Positions 40,050 through 51,179 of a stretch of DNA of 64,000 nucleotides are shown here, in pieces. Source of the DNA: an uncultured virus (IMG/VR IMGVR_UViG_3300032156_000006) (taxonomy: Duplodnaviria > Heunggongvirae > Uroviricota > Caudoviricetes); IMG/VR virus record IMGVR_UViG_3300032156_000006; one strand, written 5' to 3'. Numbering within the stretch: position 1 is the first letter of the stretch; each line of letters opens with the position of its first letter. A program made the position numbers and the translations under genes. The notes below the pieces were generated by a model. It did no database searches. It saw only the letters and a program-made list of their open reading frames with translations, and was not told where the DNA came from.

Positions 40050-40244
40050 ATGGCAGACAAAAAGAAAGCAAAAAAACAACAAAAGAAATCAAGGATTTAC
40101 GCATGGTTCAACGAGGAACAACTCAAATTGATAGATAGATTGGTTGGAACAACACTTGGAGATGACCGTGCCGAAGTTGTAAAACAAATTACCCTGAATT
40201 ATATCCGTGAAAAATTCCATGCAGATAGCGATTTTAAGGGTTAA
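40050..40244 (+). CDS. RHH/CopG-like regulator
   Basis: Beta-helix-helix pattern; TTTATAAG box ~30 nt upstream. Confidence 0.5.
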   Translation: MADKKKAKKQQKKSRIYAWFNEEQLKLIDRLVGTTLGDDRAEVVKQITLNYIREKFHADSDFKG

Positions 40245-40318
40245 AGAAAAGAGAAAAGGAGCATATTGCGACGAAAAGGAGCAAAACAGAGGAAAGGAGC
40301 AAAGCTGGTTAGGGTAGT

Positions 40319-41311
40319 TCACATTTTCTTCCAAAAGTCATTAATCGCTTGGACTTTTTCAAGCGAGTTTTCTATTTCTCTGCACGCGCCAGCTGCTACT
40401 TGGGTTTGGGCATTAAACGCATCATAGAATTTCGGCTTGACGATACCGGCAAACTTCCAGTTTGACAAACCGGCGTCGATCCAATATCTTGAATTTTTTA
40501 ATGCATATGGAGCATTTGGTAGAAAGTTCAGAGTAGCCTCGAAGATGTACCATCCCGTTGATTTTCCTGCCATAGCAGAGCCGACTTCCGCGATGTCATT
40601 AGACGACAGAAGCACTACCGGAAAAACGTGATATCCAAATGCAGTCGGACCGGTTGCGAGGAAGACTTCGTCTGCTGGAATGCCGGCGGCCCAGCAGGCT
40701 TCTACAAAGAAAATAGTTTTACACTCGCAATCCCCTGCTTTTCTGTACCAAGTGAGCATCCCAGGCTGCCAATTATCCCCATAATCCGCAGAATATTTGA
40801 TGTTAGGGTCTATGGTCCATTCCCAAATCTGCATCAACCGCTGGATCTTTGGCAAATTGGGCCAGTTCGTAGTAATACTTTTTTGCTTTTGGAAGAGTGA
40901 GAGCGTAAAAATGTCGCGCGCATCCTTTATTTCTGCAACATTTATCCGCCCGTTGGTTTCGGTATATTGCATAACTGGGGTGTATGGCGGTTTGCTTTGG
41001 TCAAGAAACTCCGGTTCTGGGATGGGTGGATCACTTGAAGCAACTAGTGTTGCCTTCAGGGTGTCTATGGTTAGTTTATCTTCAGTAACTTGAATGTTTT
41101 GCTGGTCAATTGTTTTCTGATGCGCTTGGATTTGCCTGTTTGCTTCATCTCTCTGCTCTTTGGCTTTATTCAATTCGCTGGTTAATGCAGTAATGCCTTG
41201 TAATGCATCGTTGAGTGCAAGTTGTTTGTTTTGAAGCTGGGTTTGCAATTGCAGTATCTGTGTTTTACCTGTTAAATTGTCTAAAAAGTCTATGAGAAAG
41301 TTTCCCATCAC
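40319..41311 (-). CDS. coiled-coil plus transglutaminase-like cysteine protease
   Basis: GDCECK, AAGIP, GYHVF, IFEAT (C/H/E triad-like). Confidence 0.7.
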   Translation of the reverse strand: MMGNFLIDFLDNLTGKTQILQLQTQLQNKQLALNDALQGITALTSELNKAKEQRDEANRQIQAHQKTIDQQNIQVTEDKLTIDTLKATLVASSDPPIPEPEFLDQSKPPYTPVMQYTETNGRINVAEIKDARDIFTLSLFQKQKSITTNWPNLPKIQRLMQIWEWTIDPNIKYSADYGDNWQPGMLTWYRKAGDCECKTIFFVEACWAAGIPADEVFLATGPTAFGYHVFPVVLLSSNDIAEVGSAMAGKSTGWYIFEATLNFLPNAPYALKNSRYWIDAGLSNWKFAGIVKPKFYDAFNAQTQVAAGACREIENSLEKVQAINDFWKKM

Positions 41312-41407
41312 TAGTTATAACATAGTTATATTTTTGAGCATATCTCCCTGAAAAAACGAGCCAATCGGCTTAAAAAGCCACTTTGCCCATAAAGAAATAG
41401 TGGTTTC

Positions 41408-41995
41408 ATGATTGGGATACAAGATTTGAAAAATATCAGGTTTCCGACGCGAGAAACAATCGCTGTTTTGGGATGCATGCTACTTGTTGTCGGTTTCATT
41501 GCTTTTCTATTGAGTCCTTTTCCGACGTTGATATTAAGTGCTATATCAAACTGTTCGACTTATAGTCCGCTGATTACCGGTGCTAGCGGGGCGACGGCAG
41601 CATGGCCTCCAGGGTACCAAGCCGCACGCGATGATCTTGTTGCCTTCAAATCAAACTCGACGACAAATCAGGCTGCCAATCACAATACCAGTTTAATCGG
41701 CAATAATCAGTCTGGCAGAGTATACTTCGTGACACATTTCAGCGCAGCATCCAATTATTCCACTGTTTTGGCATACTTGGAAACATGCTCTAATTATACT
41801 AATTCAACATGCAATACTAATTGGACAACTGTGAATATGTACTATGTTTCGAATGCATCAGCAATTGTCGTAGACTATATGAGCTCACCTATCCGGGTTG
41901 CCTACAACAGCGGATTTCACGTGAGGTTCCCCAGTGCTGTTGGAAATGACACGGCTGTTATTACCACAGTGGGGTACTTGAATATGCCGCCCTGA
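41408..41995 (+). CDS. membrane-anchored or secreted glycoprotein-like protein
   Basis: N-terminal transmembrane segment and many N-x-S/T sequons. Confidence 0.55.
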   Translation: MIGIQDLKNIRFPTRETIAVLGCMLLVVGFIAFLLSPFPTLILSAISNCSTYSPLITGASGATAAWPPGYQAARDDLVAFKSNSTTNQAANHNTSLIGNNQSGRVYFVTHFSAASNYSTVLAYLETCSNYTNSTCNTNWTTVNMYYVSNASAIVVDYMSSPIRVAYNSGFHVRFPSAVGNDTAVITTVGYLNMPP

Positions 41996-42790
41996 ACGGC
42001 GGCTCTTCTCGGAGATCCCTAATTGATAGTCTGCTTTTTGATTAGATAAGCGCCCAGAATGTGGGAGGTGAAGCAAAGAAGAATGGTGAAGGAGGTGAAG
42101 TTGCTTCATACTATTGCTGAGCGCGCCAATAGCTATTTTGCTTTCGACTTGCAGTTTTATAATTATGTTGTCTCATTTATTTGGGTTGAATAGTTATGAC
42201 AAACTAAGTTTACGAGTCGGTAGTTTAAAAAGCAAAGTTTGTGCAAGGCAATTTGGGTGAGTCCGTGTATACAACCGAATTTGAAAAGAAGCTTGTCGAA
42301 CAAGGGAGGACACTTGATGTAATGACTACATTTCAAGCAGATCCACGTTGGTTCATTGTTCAGCCCCAGTCGTTTTTGGATGAGATTAAAAGAAAAATTG
42401 AATACGAAGGAGAAACAGTCTGGAAATCTGCCTCTTATTCTTCAAATACATACTATTGCCTCGCAAAGGACAGGACAATCCGCACGATTGTTTCGTTCCC
42501 TCCAAAGACCGGCGCAACTTTTTCACTAGGAGATATCTGGAATTGGATAACTGGAAAAAAATGAATGTGGTGGGTATGAACATCTTCATGAGAATTGAAG
42601 AGGCACATAGGCTAACAGAGAAATTCACAAAGTATCTAAAACACAAAGAACGCGTAATGGGCAATGGCTGGTCAACATGGAGATTTTACAAAAATCTCAG
42701 AGGAAGACTTCCGGAGTTCATCCATGAAAAGTTGTTTAAGGAAGAAAAAATGGGAGATAAGAAAAATAACAAAAAAGAAGAGGCGAAAAT

Positions 42791-43897
42791 ATGAATTTTT
42801 TTGACAATTTTATGCGAAACACAATATGTGGAAAATATACTATGGAGTCAACAGCGATACAGAAGCAACTTGATGCCGTCCAAGTAAAATTACTGACGGC
42901 CCAAACGGATTATGTTTTGCTTCAAAATAACTACATGAGAATAAAAAAAGATTATGATGATCTCAAATCTGCAGCCGATGCCACTTCAAATGAAAATCTG
43001 CAAAAAATAGCCGCTTTGCAAGTGCAAATAAGCATGGCACAGGAAGCGCTTGCAAAGCAAGATGAAATTGTCCAAGCGTTGAAGAACAGTTGCCTTTTTT
43101 CTGATATATCCTTTCTTTCGTTACCCGCATCAACGCGCCAATTGCTTATGTACTATTATACAAAGTATCCGCCTGCAACAGTTACCTACAATGGGCGTAG
43201 CCTACCGGGCAAGCCTAGTATGCGCTATGAGATGAACGTGATCAACTGGGCTCAGGCAGGAATTGGCTCGCCCGAGTTGAATGATGTTGTAAAAGCTGCA
43301 AATGGCTATGTTAAAGACATAATGACCAATGAAAGCAAACCATTGCATCAAGCGTGTGATGTTGCAGTTGGCAGGGTTAAAGGCTGGGTGGATGATGATT
43401 TGCCTTATCGTTATACGACTGACAAAGTGACAACGGGGGAGACAGAGTATTGGAAAATGGCGTTGGAGACATATCATTCGATGAAAGACCATGGTGTGGG
43501 CTCGGATTGCGAAGACTGGAGTATGCTATTTTATACTCTGTGGCGCACGGCAGGTGTTCCTGCGGAACTGTTGCGTCTTGACGCTGGGATAACGCGCGGA
43601 GGCGAAGGGCATTGCTCAAACAAATATTTCGCTTCTGACTTGACGTTCCGGCATGTCAATAGCACAACTCCATATTCGTCTGGGATGAATGTTTTGGATT
43701 GCCCGAAAAATAGTGATGCTACCGACAATATGGGATTTGACAGCAGCAATATTTGGTTTTCATGGAATGAACAGCGGGCGTGGTCGCAAGATGGCACGGC
43801 AACAGGTGCGGGTCCAGAGGAATTTATCGAGCCGGAGAAGATCGAAAGGGCCAAGTTTTTGAAGCATGTAAAAATCTATAATTTCACCCAGAAATAG
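42791..43897 (+). CDS. coiled-coil plus transglutaminase-like cysteine protease (paralog of 40319-41311)
   Basis: EYW, SDCEDW, AGVP, GEGHC motifs. Confidence 0.7.
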   Translation: MNFFDNFMRNTICGKYTMESTAIQKQLDAVQVKLLTAQTDYVLLQNNYMRIKKDYDDLKSAADATSNENLQKIAALQVQISMAQEALAKQDEIVQALKNSCLFSDISFLSLPASTRQLLMYYYTKYPPATVTYNGRSLPGKPSMRYEMNVINWAQAGIGSPELNDVVKAANGYVKDIMTNESKPLHQACDVAVGRVKGWVDDDLPYRYTTDKVTTGETEYWKMALETYHSMKDHGVGSDCEDWSMLFYTLWRTAGVPAELLRLDAGITRGGEGHCSNKYFASDLTFRHVNSTTPYSSGMNVLDCPKNSDATDNMGFDSSNIWFSWNEQRAWSQDGTATGAGPEEFIEPEKIERAKFLKHVKIYNFTQK

Positions 43898-44035
43898 GCA
43901 GGCCAAATGGCACATCGATAGGTTACCTTGGTGGCAGTCTCGCCCGTTTCCAAGGGTTTCCCTGTCGCGATGCTAGGTTAGATGCCTCGTTTTTTTTTCA
44001 GATACCTTTATAAAGATTATAAGTTATATAGGAAC

Positions 44036-44380
44036 ATGATGAAGTGGCAATCTGTGCTGGGAGAAATCAAGATACCCAGTGATGTCCGAGAACAGCTGGA
44101 GTGCTTCTATAATAATGGCGTGATTTTGCTGTTATGCTTGCGCCAACCGAATATTATTTGGACAAAAACTCGTCTCGCAGACGTTACTGGCATATCATAC
44201 GTATATGTTCACATTATAATGAGCAAATTTGAAAAATGGGGTTGGATAAAGCTGGAGCATCATAAAAAGAATGGCAGCATTGCTTTGACAAGCGTTGGCA
44301 TGAGCGTATCAAAGCCCCTACAGGAAATGGTGGACGCTGTAAAACAGAATTACGCGTCTCCAACAGCAGTTGTTGGGTGA
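44036..44380 (+). CDS. winged-helix (MarR-like) regulator
   Basis: TRLADVTGISYVYVHIIMSKFEKWGWI...IALTSVG. Confidence 0.65.
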   Translation: MMKWQSVLGEIKIPSDVREQLECFYNNGVILLLCLRQPNIIWTKTRLADVTGISYVYVHIIMSKFEKWGWIKLEHHKKNGSIALTSVGMSVSKPLQEMVDAVKQNYASPTAVVG

Positions 44381-45035
44381 GAAAGTGGATGTGTTTTATC
44401 TTCGCATTGTTGACCGCAATATAGAGGGCTTGCAAGCGGAATACCATATTCCGTGGGCAACCGCCCGTGACAATTTTTTTAAGCCAAAAGAAGCTGCGGA
44501 AGAAGTTCCCCTTTGGCTGGTAGATACTAGTGACTCGAATCTTTGCGAATGTTTGACTACTCAAGTTGCACCTGGGGCCAATACAGTAAATATTTATCTG
44601 CCAGAAGTAAACAGATGGCTTGTCATACCGATTCACCCCGGAAAATATGTTTCCAAACGACTGCAATGCGGATGGAAACCCATCAAGGTTTACATCACAA
44701 GGTATTCACGCGGTAGAAAAAGCAAATTACACTGGTATCTCGCGCTGGTCTTGCGCGCAAAATTTAGGTCTGAAAAAAGCAAGTACGGCCTCTTTACTTT
44801 TCGCGGGCTAAAAGTGAGTTTGCGCCCGAAATCATTAGACGATTTGCGTTATCTATCCGATGAGGATATTGACAAGAAAGCCAAGTTATTGATCATGGGA
44901 TATTACAACAATTATGCAGAAATACCGGACAGGCCAAAAAGCAAACTTCCAGAGAAAAAAGACTTGCGGCCCATAGTTGATGGGCCGCTACCATTGCCAT
45001 ACGGGTCTCCAACTGCGCAATCTGTGGAGGTATAA
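44370..45035 (+). CDS. hypothetical protein, possibly related to the TnpB WED domain
   Basis: WLVIPIHPGKY..KRLQCGW...HWYLALVL resembles the N-terminal half of the TnpBs in this window; no RuvC motifs. Confidence 0.4.
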   Translation: MLGEKVDVFYLRIVDRNIEGLQAEYHIPWATARDNFFKPKEAAEEVPLWLVDTSDSNLCECLTTQVAPGANTVNIYLPEVNRWLVIPIHPGKYVSKRLQCGWKPIKVYITRYSRGRKSKLHWYLALVLRAKFRSEKSKYGLFTFRGLKVSLRPKSLDDLRYLSDEDIDKKAKLLIMGYYNNYAEIPDRPKSKLPEKKDLRPIVDGPLPLPYGSPTAQSVEV

Positions 45036-45098
45036 CGTTTATAAAGGTTAGAAGCATTATAAAAGCAGGAAAAGATTTTGAATTTGAAATAATACACT

Positions 45099-45189
45099 AG
45101 GATGCTCAATTAAAAATTGAGAGGGCGGTATATCCGCTCTGGGTGTGTGCAGGAACGCGAAGCCCGGCGCCCAGAACCTCGGGCATCCT
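45099..45189 (+). ncRNA. candidate structured RNA or leader
   Basis: aggatgctc/gggcatcct closing stem enclosing GC-rich hairpins, downstream of TATA boxes. Confidence 0.4.
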
Positions 45190-45267
45190 GACAGTTTGGA
45201 GGTATCTGAAATAACCTCCAGAATGAAGTGTGGAAAAAGGAGATTTTGAATAGGAAAGGTGATATTG

Positions 45268-45402
45268 ATGGCAGATGATGATTTTACAACAATACGCGTC
45301 AAAAAGTCAACGCATAAAAAAATATGTGACCGCGGCTCGAAAGGTGACAATATGGACGACATTATTTGTCGTGCACTCGCTCGGTCAGAGGAGAAAAAGT
45401 AA
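45268..45402 (+). CDS. small RHH-like protein
   Basis: TTIRVKKSTHKKI...GDNMDDIICR; AGGTGA SD. Confidence 0.55.
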   Translation: MADDDFTTIRVKKSTHKKICDRGSKGDNMDDIICRALARSEEKK

Positions 45403-46157
45403 ACTGAGGTGGCAAAAATGGCAAAAGAAAAAGTTCATCCGAAAGAACCAATTCCTGAACCTACTAATGTCGATGTTAAAACTGAAGACACTAAGCAAGT
45501 AGAAACAGCGGTTCCTGAGAAAGTTGAAACGGTAGTTCCTGAGCAAGCGAAAACAGAGGAAACTCTAGTTGCTGATTCTCGACCTGAGCTTGTCAGAGAA
45601 TTCGCGCCTGGTGTTACAGACGCGGCTGCTGAAAGTCTCGTGGCGAGAATGTTGCGAACCAGACCGATTAAGTATGTTGTTGCCCGATGTTCTCTTTGCC
45701 CGAAAGTTGTAGAAAGCTATCTTGACATTGTTGTCGAGGGTGGCATTCGTATTCGGATTGAAGGGCACTTCACGGCGCTTCCAAAGCCTTGAATTTTTTC
45801 CACAGTATGTAGTTTTTATTAACTTCTTTTTCATTTCTTCATCGTCGTAGTATCTACTACCTTTTTAAGAATATACTATTAAGATAGTATAAAAGTAGGT
45901 GGATATATGTCAAAACAGATCATTCATGAAGAATATTTTGATGCATACACTGCCGGTGGTTCCCTTTTTCTCATTTTAGATCCAACTGCTCGCAAGTTGC
46001 TTTCCCAAGAACTGGGAGAGAATTTTGACAAAGACAAACATCAAATTTTACGTCGTATAGAATTAAGCAAGGATAACAAGATTTATTGTACATACTGGTT
46101 TGTAAAAAGGAACGAGAAAAAGTAGTTATTTGAAAATTGGGAGTTGGGGGAGCTTGC

Positions 46158-48035
46158 ATGCGCTTTGATACGTTGCACGAGAAATTCATCAAGTGCTGGC
46201 GTTCACAAGTAATAAGCAACGAATGGCAAATAGTCCCCCTGCATTTTGTTTTGCTCTCTCAACTGGTCGGTACAGTTCCGTCGATGGATTTGAGCCGGCC
46301 GAGTGAACCAGGCATGCGCTTGGTGCTTAACGGGAAGCCAGTCCACCCCCGTTTGCATTTTTTTGCTATACAAGGAAGCCGCACGGGAAAAGGTGAAGGA
46401 CAGAAAGTCCTCTTGGGCATTCTTCGATATTTTAATATGCGCCATTTTTTGCAGAAGTACAAATTTCCTGATAGTGTTACCGATCCAACTTTGCGGAATT
46501 TTAGCTGCAGCAACCTTGATGATATTCCAAAAGCAATGGAGTTCTTTATACGCTACAGGCGCGAAACCAAAGAAAGATTTAAATCTGACAATACCATAGC
46601 AACCGTTGATGATGCCTCTGAAGACACGTCTGCCGTTTCATCTGATGAAAAAACAGCAGATACAGAAAAGCGGGAAGGATATAAAATGTCGATGAAAGAG
46701 CAATATCGGATTTTGGATGAAATTCACCGCAAAGAAGGCAAGCGGTGGATATTTTTCGAGGATAACACATGTTTGGCGTATCCCATGACAGTTCAAGCGA
46801 GTACCGCTACAAAAGAAAGCCTTATTGGCGGATACGATAACGAGCCACAAGGAACCACCGGAATTATGAAAAAAGTATGGAAACCAGGTATGATGCAAAC
46901 ACAAGCTATTTATGCGTGGGATGAAGCCAGAAATATTGTTTATCAGAAAGGAAGTGAAGGCGAACAGTTAAACTCAATGCTTTGTTCTGCACTTGATCAT
47001 GTTGGTGTTTTAAGAACGAAATCCCGCAAAGATGTTGATGAACACGGAAACCAGAAATCTTATCAGTCATTTGCTTCTGTTATTACCGGAACGATTCGAA
47101 TCGAAGGACTGGATCTAAGTCTTGCGCAGACCGGATTCTTGCAGCGTTTTTTGATTAGTTTTAAAGATATTGATGCTGGTACAGCAGTAGAAATGCGAAA
47201 AAGCATCGCAAAAAACCGTACAACTATTGGCGGAGTTGACAAGTTGCTTGAAGCTTATTTTGATGATTTTTATGCCGCACCCGTTTACCGCGGCATTATA
47301 TCATTCGACGAAGGAGCAGTAGAATATCAGACAAAAAGAATCGATGAAGAAGAAGAAAAATCTCGTCAAATGTTTGGAGTTGGCACGCTTCAGCATAAAT
47401 CACTAAATGGGTTTTTTACTGCGCATGCTGATTATATGAAGAAGATAGCTGCAATTGTAGCTGCTTTGGACAATAAAAGTGTTGTTACCAAGGAATATAT
47501 AAAAAAGGTTTATGATATGTACCAAGAAGACGCACTCGAATCCTTGTTCGCCCTTCTTGATGAGTGCACTGGAAATATTGACGTTAAAATGGAGCACCGC
47601 AATCAGCAATGCGACGAGATAATCAGTCAAACATTCGAAAAATCTATACCCGAGGGGAAATCGTATCTTTCGCATTCCGAACTTGTTGATCGTCTCCGGA
47701 ACAACCCGAGATGGCCACGGCATGGCTTTGCAGCTACAGAGAATTATGTGAAAAAATGGATATTACGGGAAATTTCCCGCTATCGAACAGACATTGTTGA
47801 CAATCAAGTGCGGTATATACTGCGTACTACTACTCTCGAATATGAACAAGAGAAAGCACGAGCGGCTAATATTGAGATTGACGCACTAATGAAGGACCAA
47901 GATATGCATACTGTGGTGAAAGGCTGGAGCAGCCTAATCCAGCCAGTTGTTGAAGAAGCAAGCGAAGCCAAAGATGTAAAAGCCAGTGTTAAAAAAAGCG
48001 ATCAAAAACCAAATGACGGAGGACAGGGGGTATGA
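46158..48035 (+). CDS. MCM-like AAA+ replicative helicase (divergent)
   Basis: QGSRTGKG Walker A, TKESLIG, AWDEA Walker B, GFLQRF arginine finger. Confidence 0.65.
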   Translation: MRFDTLHEKFIKCWRSQVISNEWQIVPLHFVLLSQLVGTVPSMDLSRPSEPGMRLVLNGKPVHPRLHFFAIQGSRTGKGEGQKVLLGILRYFNMRHFLQKYKFPDSVTDPTLRNFSCSNLDDIPKAMEFFIRYRRETKERFKSDNTIATVDDASEDTSAVSSDEKTADTEKREGYKMSMKEQYRILDEIHRKEGKRWIFFEDNTCLAYPMTVQASTATKESLIGGYDNEPQGTTGIMKKVWKPGMMQTQAIYAWDEARNIVYQKGSEGEQLNSMLCSALDHVGVLRTKSRKDVDEHGNQKSYQSFASVITGTIRIEGLDLSLAQTGFLQRFLISFKDIDAGTAVEMRKSIAKNRTTIGGVDKLLEAYFDDFYAAPVYRGIISFDEGAVEYQTKRIDEEEEKSRQMFGVGTLQHKSLNGFFTAHADYMKKIAAIVAALDNKSVVTKEYIKKVYDMYQEDALESLFALLDECTGNIDVKMEHRNQQCDEIISQTFEKSIPEGKSYLSHSELVDRLRNNPRWPRHGFAATENYVKKWILREISRYRTDIVDNQVRYILRTTTLEYEQEKARAANIEIDALMKDQDMHTVVKGWSSLIQPVVEEASEAKDVKASVKKSDQKPNDGGQGV

Positions 48036-48285
48036 AAGAGGAACTGTGTGAGGCTTTCCGCTGTAAGGAAAAAGCAGTCGGAAGCGTTGTTGTCAACGGT
48101 GAAGTTTTTAGCTACTTATGCCGATTGCATTCCCTGCAGGTTCGGGCATTCCTGAACGAGATAAGCGAACCGGAAATAAAAGAAGCATCGGTGACTGGTA
48201 TTTTGACTAAGGACGGATGTTCTGACATTGATGACAATAACATAATTGCATTTGATGGCGGGGGTAACCTGAAAAAGGTGAAAAA

Positions 48286-48717
48286 ATGAAAAAAATTTCT
48301 CTGAAGTTTCTGGGTGAGCCAGTTGCAAAAGGTCGACCTAAGATTTCAAGTTTTGGGGGCTTTGCAAGAGCCTACACGCCGAAAAAAACAAGAATGGCGG
48401 AGGCAGACATCCGAGCCCAACTCATGCCTCAACTACCAGAGGGCTGGAACGCGATGGAAGGTCCAGTTAGTATGACTGCAATCTTTTATCGTACGCGTCC
48501 AAAGAGTACTTCCAAGCGTTTGAATTATCCGATTACAAAACCCGATCTTGATAATCTCCTGAAGCTACTTACTGATTCGCTTAGTGGTATTATTTTCAAA
48601 GATGATGCACAAATAATTCTCTTAACAGCGTGGAAGCAATTCGGAGAGCCTAGTATCGCGGTCGAACTCGAGGAACTTGAAACAATGTCACCAAAACCAG
48701 ATAAAAAAAAGAGGTAG
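48286..48717 (+). CDS. rusA: RusA Holliday junction resolvase
   Basis: GEPVAKGRP, KPDLDNLLK...DSL, DDAQI. Confidence 0.9.
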   Translation: MKKISLKFLGEPVAKGRPKISSFGGFARAYTPKKTRMAEADIRAQLMPQLPEGWNAMEGPVSMTAIFYRTRPKSTSKRLNYPITKPDLDNLLKLLTDSLSGIIFKDDAQIILLTAWKQFGEPSIAVELEELETMSPKPDKKKR

Positions 48718-48992
48718 ATATAAATGGAGCAAGAACCAAATAATCTTAATTTGTCTCTTACAGCCAAGGAGCTGCGAGATTTGGATGAACTATGCTGCTC
48801 AGCAATCGGATTAGGCTCGCCGCTTGGATGGAATACATACGTGATAAAGAAATTACTATATAGTCTGATCCGCAGGTTGCCTAGGGAGCGAACGGTTACC
48901 TTTACGACAGAAAAGCGTTTCGATCGGGAAGCTGATGGGTATGTTTTTTTCGACGTTGAGGATATTACACAAAAAAATGAAGGTGAGGAAAA

Positions 48993-49412
48993 ATGAATGC
49001 GGATGTAAGACCTCTAGGAGAGGCGCAACAAAACGAAGCAAAGGGAGTCGTTAGGGATATCAAAACGAGTACCTTTCAGACAAAGGATGGGCGAACTGTG
49101 CCCAATTTCAAGCTCGAAGTCGGAGACCAAGTTTATTCTGGGATTGGCACTCCTCCGACAGTTACAATGGGAGATGAAGTAACCGTCAGATTCCGCATTA
49201 ATGGCAATTACAAAAACATTACAGATATCTTAAAAGCTGGGGAATCTGTTTTGCCACGCAGGAAATATGGGGGTAATCAGTTGGCCAAGGCCAACCTAGT
49301 GCTGGCCGCGGCGATGATTTGCTGCCATAACAGTCAGATCACAAAGCAACCGGTTATGCTCAAAGATATACAATCAATCTTGCCGGATTTGGAGAAAATG
49401 GCTGGGCTTTAG
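48993..49412 (+). CDS. putative OB-fold ssDNA-binding protein
   Basis: Beta-barrel pattern; paralog of 18101-18520. Confidence 0.5.
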   Translation: MNADVRPLGEAQQNEAKGVVRDIKTSTFQTKDGRTVPNFKLEVGDQVYSGIGTPPTVTMGDEVTVRFRINGNYKNITDILKAGESVLPRRKYGGNQLAKANLVLAAAMICCHNSQITKQPVMLKDIQSILPDLEKMAGL

Positions 49413-49430
49413 ACTAGCTGGGCGAGACAA

Positions 49431-50570
49431 ATGATTGAACTTAAACCACTTCAGCAAGATGCATACAATGCATGGCTAGTCCGCGGGCGGCGGGGTACTA
49501 TCGAGGGGACAACTGGTTGCGGAAAAACAGTAATTGGCTTGAAAGCAATAGAAGAAATACTCTCTTCCGGCGCAAAGATTTTGATAGTTGTACCAACAGT
49601 TGCTTTAGCGGAACAATGGAAAATTGAGGTTAAAAAATTCCTCAACGTAGATGCAAGTCGCTCATTGAGAAAGCCTGCGCAAATCACGATTCAAGTTATA
49701 AATTCTGTGCGCTGGCAGGCATTAGATTATGACTTGGTAATAATAGATGAAGTACATCGCACATCTAGCAAGTGCAACTTCTCATTCCTTCCGATTTCAA
49801 AGTTTGTAGCGATTATGGGTTTGTCTGCAACCGCTGAAAGAGCTGATGGTCTCCATATGAATATGGCAAAATATGCGCCAATCATTTTTCGCATTTCCGC
49901 TCGGGCTGCAGCAAAAGCTGGGCTGATATCCGAGTTTATTGTACGAAATATTGCCGTTCAGCCATCGAATGATGAAGGAGCCCGCTTAGACGAACTTGAT
50001 GAGAATATTGGAAATCTGATGAGCACTATGCTAGTAAAGGATTTTGCGCAAATCCCCCGCTTGGCAAAACATGGCGACCGCGACGCGATGGAGCTTTTGT
50101 CTTTGATACAAAAACGCATCGAAATCATTGCAACTTCAGACACCAAGTTAGCAGTCGCTGAGCGCCTTTTAACCAATGAGCTCAAAGACGAAAAAACAAT
50201 CGTGTTTTGCGAGCGCATTGAAGCGGCGGAGAAACTAATGAAGCCCGGCCGGCTTATGTATCATTCCGCGTCAAATAATGAAGACGATATCAAGGCATTT
50301 ACAGCCAACAAAAGCGGTGGTGCCTTGATAGCTGTAAGGGCCTTGGATGAGGGGTTGAATGTTGTCGATTGCAAACGCGCAATCATAGTTTCAGGTTCGA
50401 GCGTCAAGCGGCAGATTATCCAGCGCGTCGGGCGTATCTTGCGCAAAACGCCCGACGCGAAAAACGCGGTGTTGTATCAGATTTACCTGAAAGGGACGAA
50501 AGACGAGGATTACGTAGAGAAGAGGACACGATATTTGGAGGAATCGGCAACAGATGTGTTTTGGGAATAG
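49431..50570 (+). CDS. superfamily 2 DExH helicase (Rad25/XPB-like)
   Basis: TTGCGKT, DEVH, SAT, DEGLN, QRVGRILR. Confidence 0.92.
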   Translation: MIELKPLQQDAYNAWLVRGRRGTIEGTTGCGKTVIGLKAIEEILSSGAKILIVVPTVALAEQWKIEVKKFLNVDASRSLRKPAQITIQVINSVRWQALDYDLVIIDEVHRTSSKCNFSFLPISKFVAIMGLSATAERADGLHMNMAKYAPIIFRISARAAAKAGLISEFIVRNIAVQPSNDEGARLDELDENIGNLMSTMLVKDFAQIPRLAKHGDRDAMELLSLIQKRIEIIATSDTKLAVAERLLTNELKDEKTIVFCERIEAAEKLMKPGRLMYHSASNNEDDIKAFTANKSGGALIAVRALDEGLNVVDCKRAIIVSGSSVKRQIIQRVGRILRKTPDAKNAVLYQIYLKGTKDEDYVEKRTRYLEESATDVFWE

Positions 50571-50587
50571 ATTTATAAAGTGTATAA

Positions 50588-51175
50588 GTGTTATATATAT
50601 GCATGCAAACGGGGGACTTTATGAAAAAAATAAGGATGCTTAGAAATGCAGTACCAGATGAAATAAGGACAAAGGATGGGCAGTTTGTAGTTCAATTCCA
50701 ATATCAGATTGGGAAATCCTATATTGTTTCAAATGAAAAAGCAAAGACACTATACAAACAAAGGTATGAATTTGACAATGAGAGAATGGAGAAATATGTA
50801 AAAGTCAGATGGGCAAAAGTCGTAAATGATTATGGTCTTTATTTTGGACATTCAAGGCATACTTACAACAGAAATGGGGTAAGCAAACTATATGGCAAAA
50901 AGATTGATAGAATAAGATGGACCCGGGAAGGAATAATTTCTTATCTGGAAAAGAAACCTATGGGAGCTACAATTTCAGATATTAAAAGAGCGACCGGAAT
51001 TTCAGATAAAAATATTTGGGTTTGCTTGACAAGTCAAATAGAAAAAGGAGAAATTACTATGATTGATTATGGCAGCGTGCAGGTTTTCTTGAAAAAGAAG
51101 AAAGAACATAATGAGGATGTTGCAAAAGTAGATGCCGAGATATTTAGGCAGGAATTAGAGAAAAAGGAGGAATGA
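50588..51175 (+). CDS. HTH domain protein
   Basis: GATISDIKRATGISDKNIW. Confidence 0.5.
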   Translation: MLYICMQTGDFMKKIRMLRNAVPDEIRTKDGQFVVQFQYQIGKSYIVSNEKAKTLYKQRYEFDNERMEKYVKVRWAKVVNDYGLYFGHSRHTYNRNGVSKLYGKKIDRIRWTREGIISYLEKKPMGATISDIKRATGISDKNIWVCLTSQIEKGEITMIDYGSVQVFLKKKKEHNEDVAKVDAEIFRQELEKKEE

Positions 51176-51179
51176 AAAA

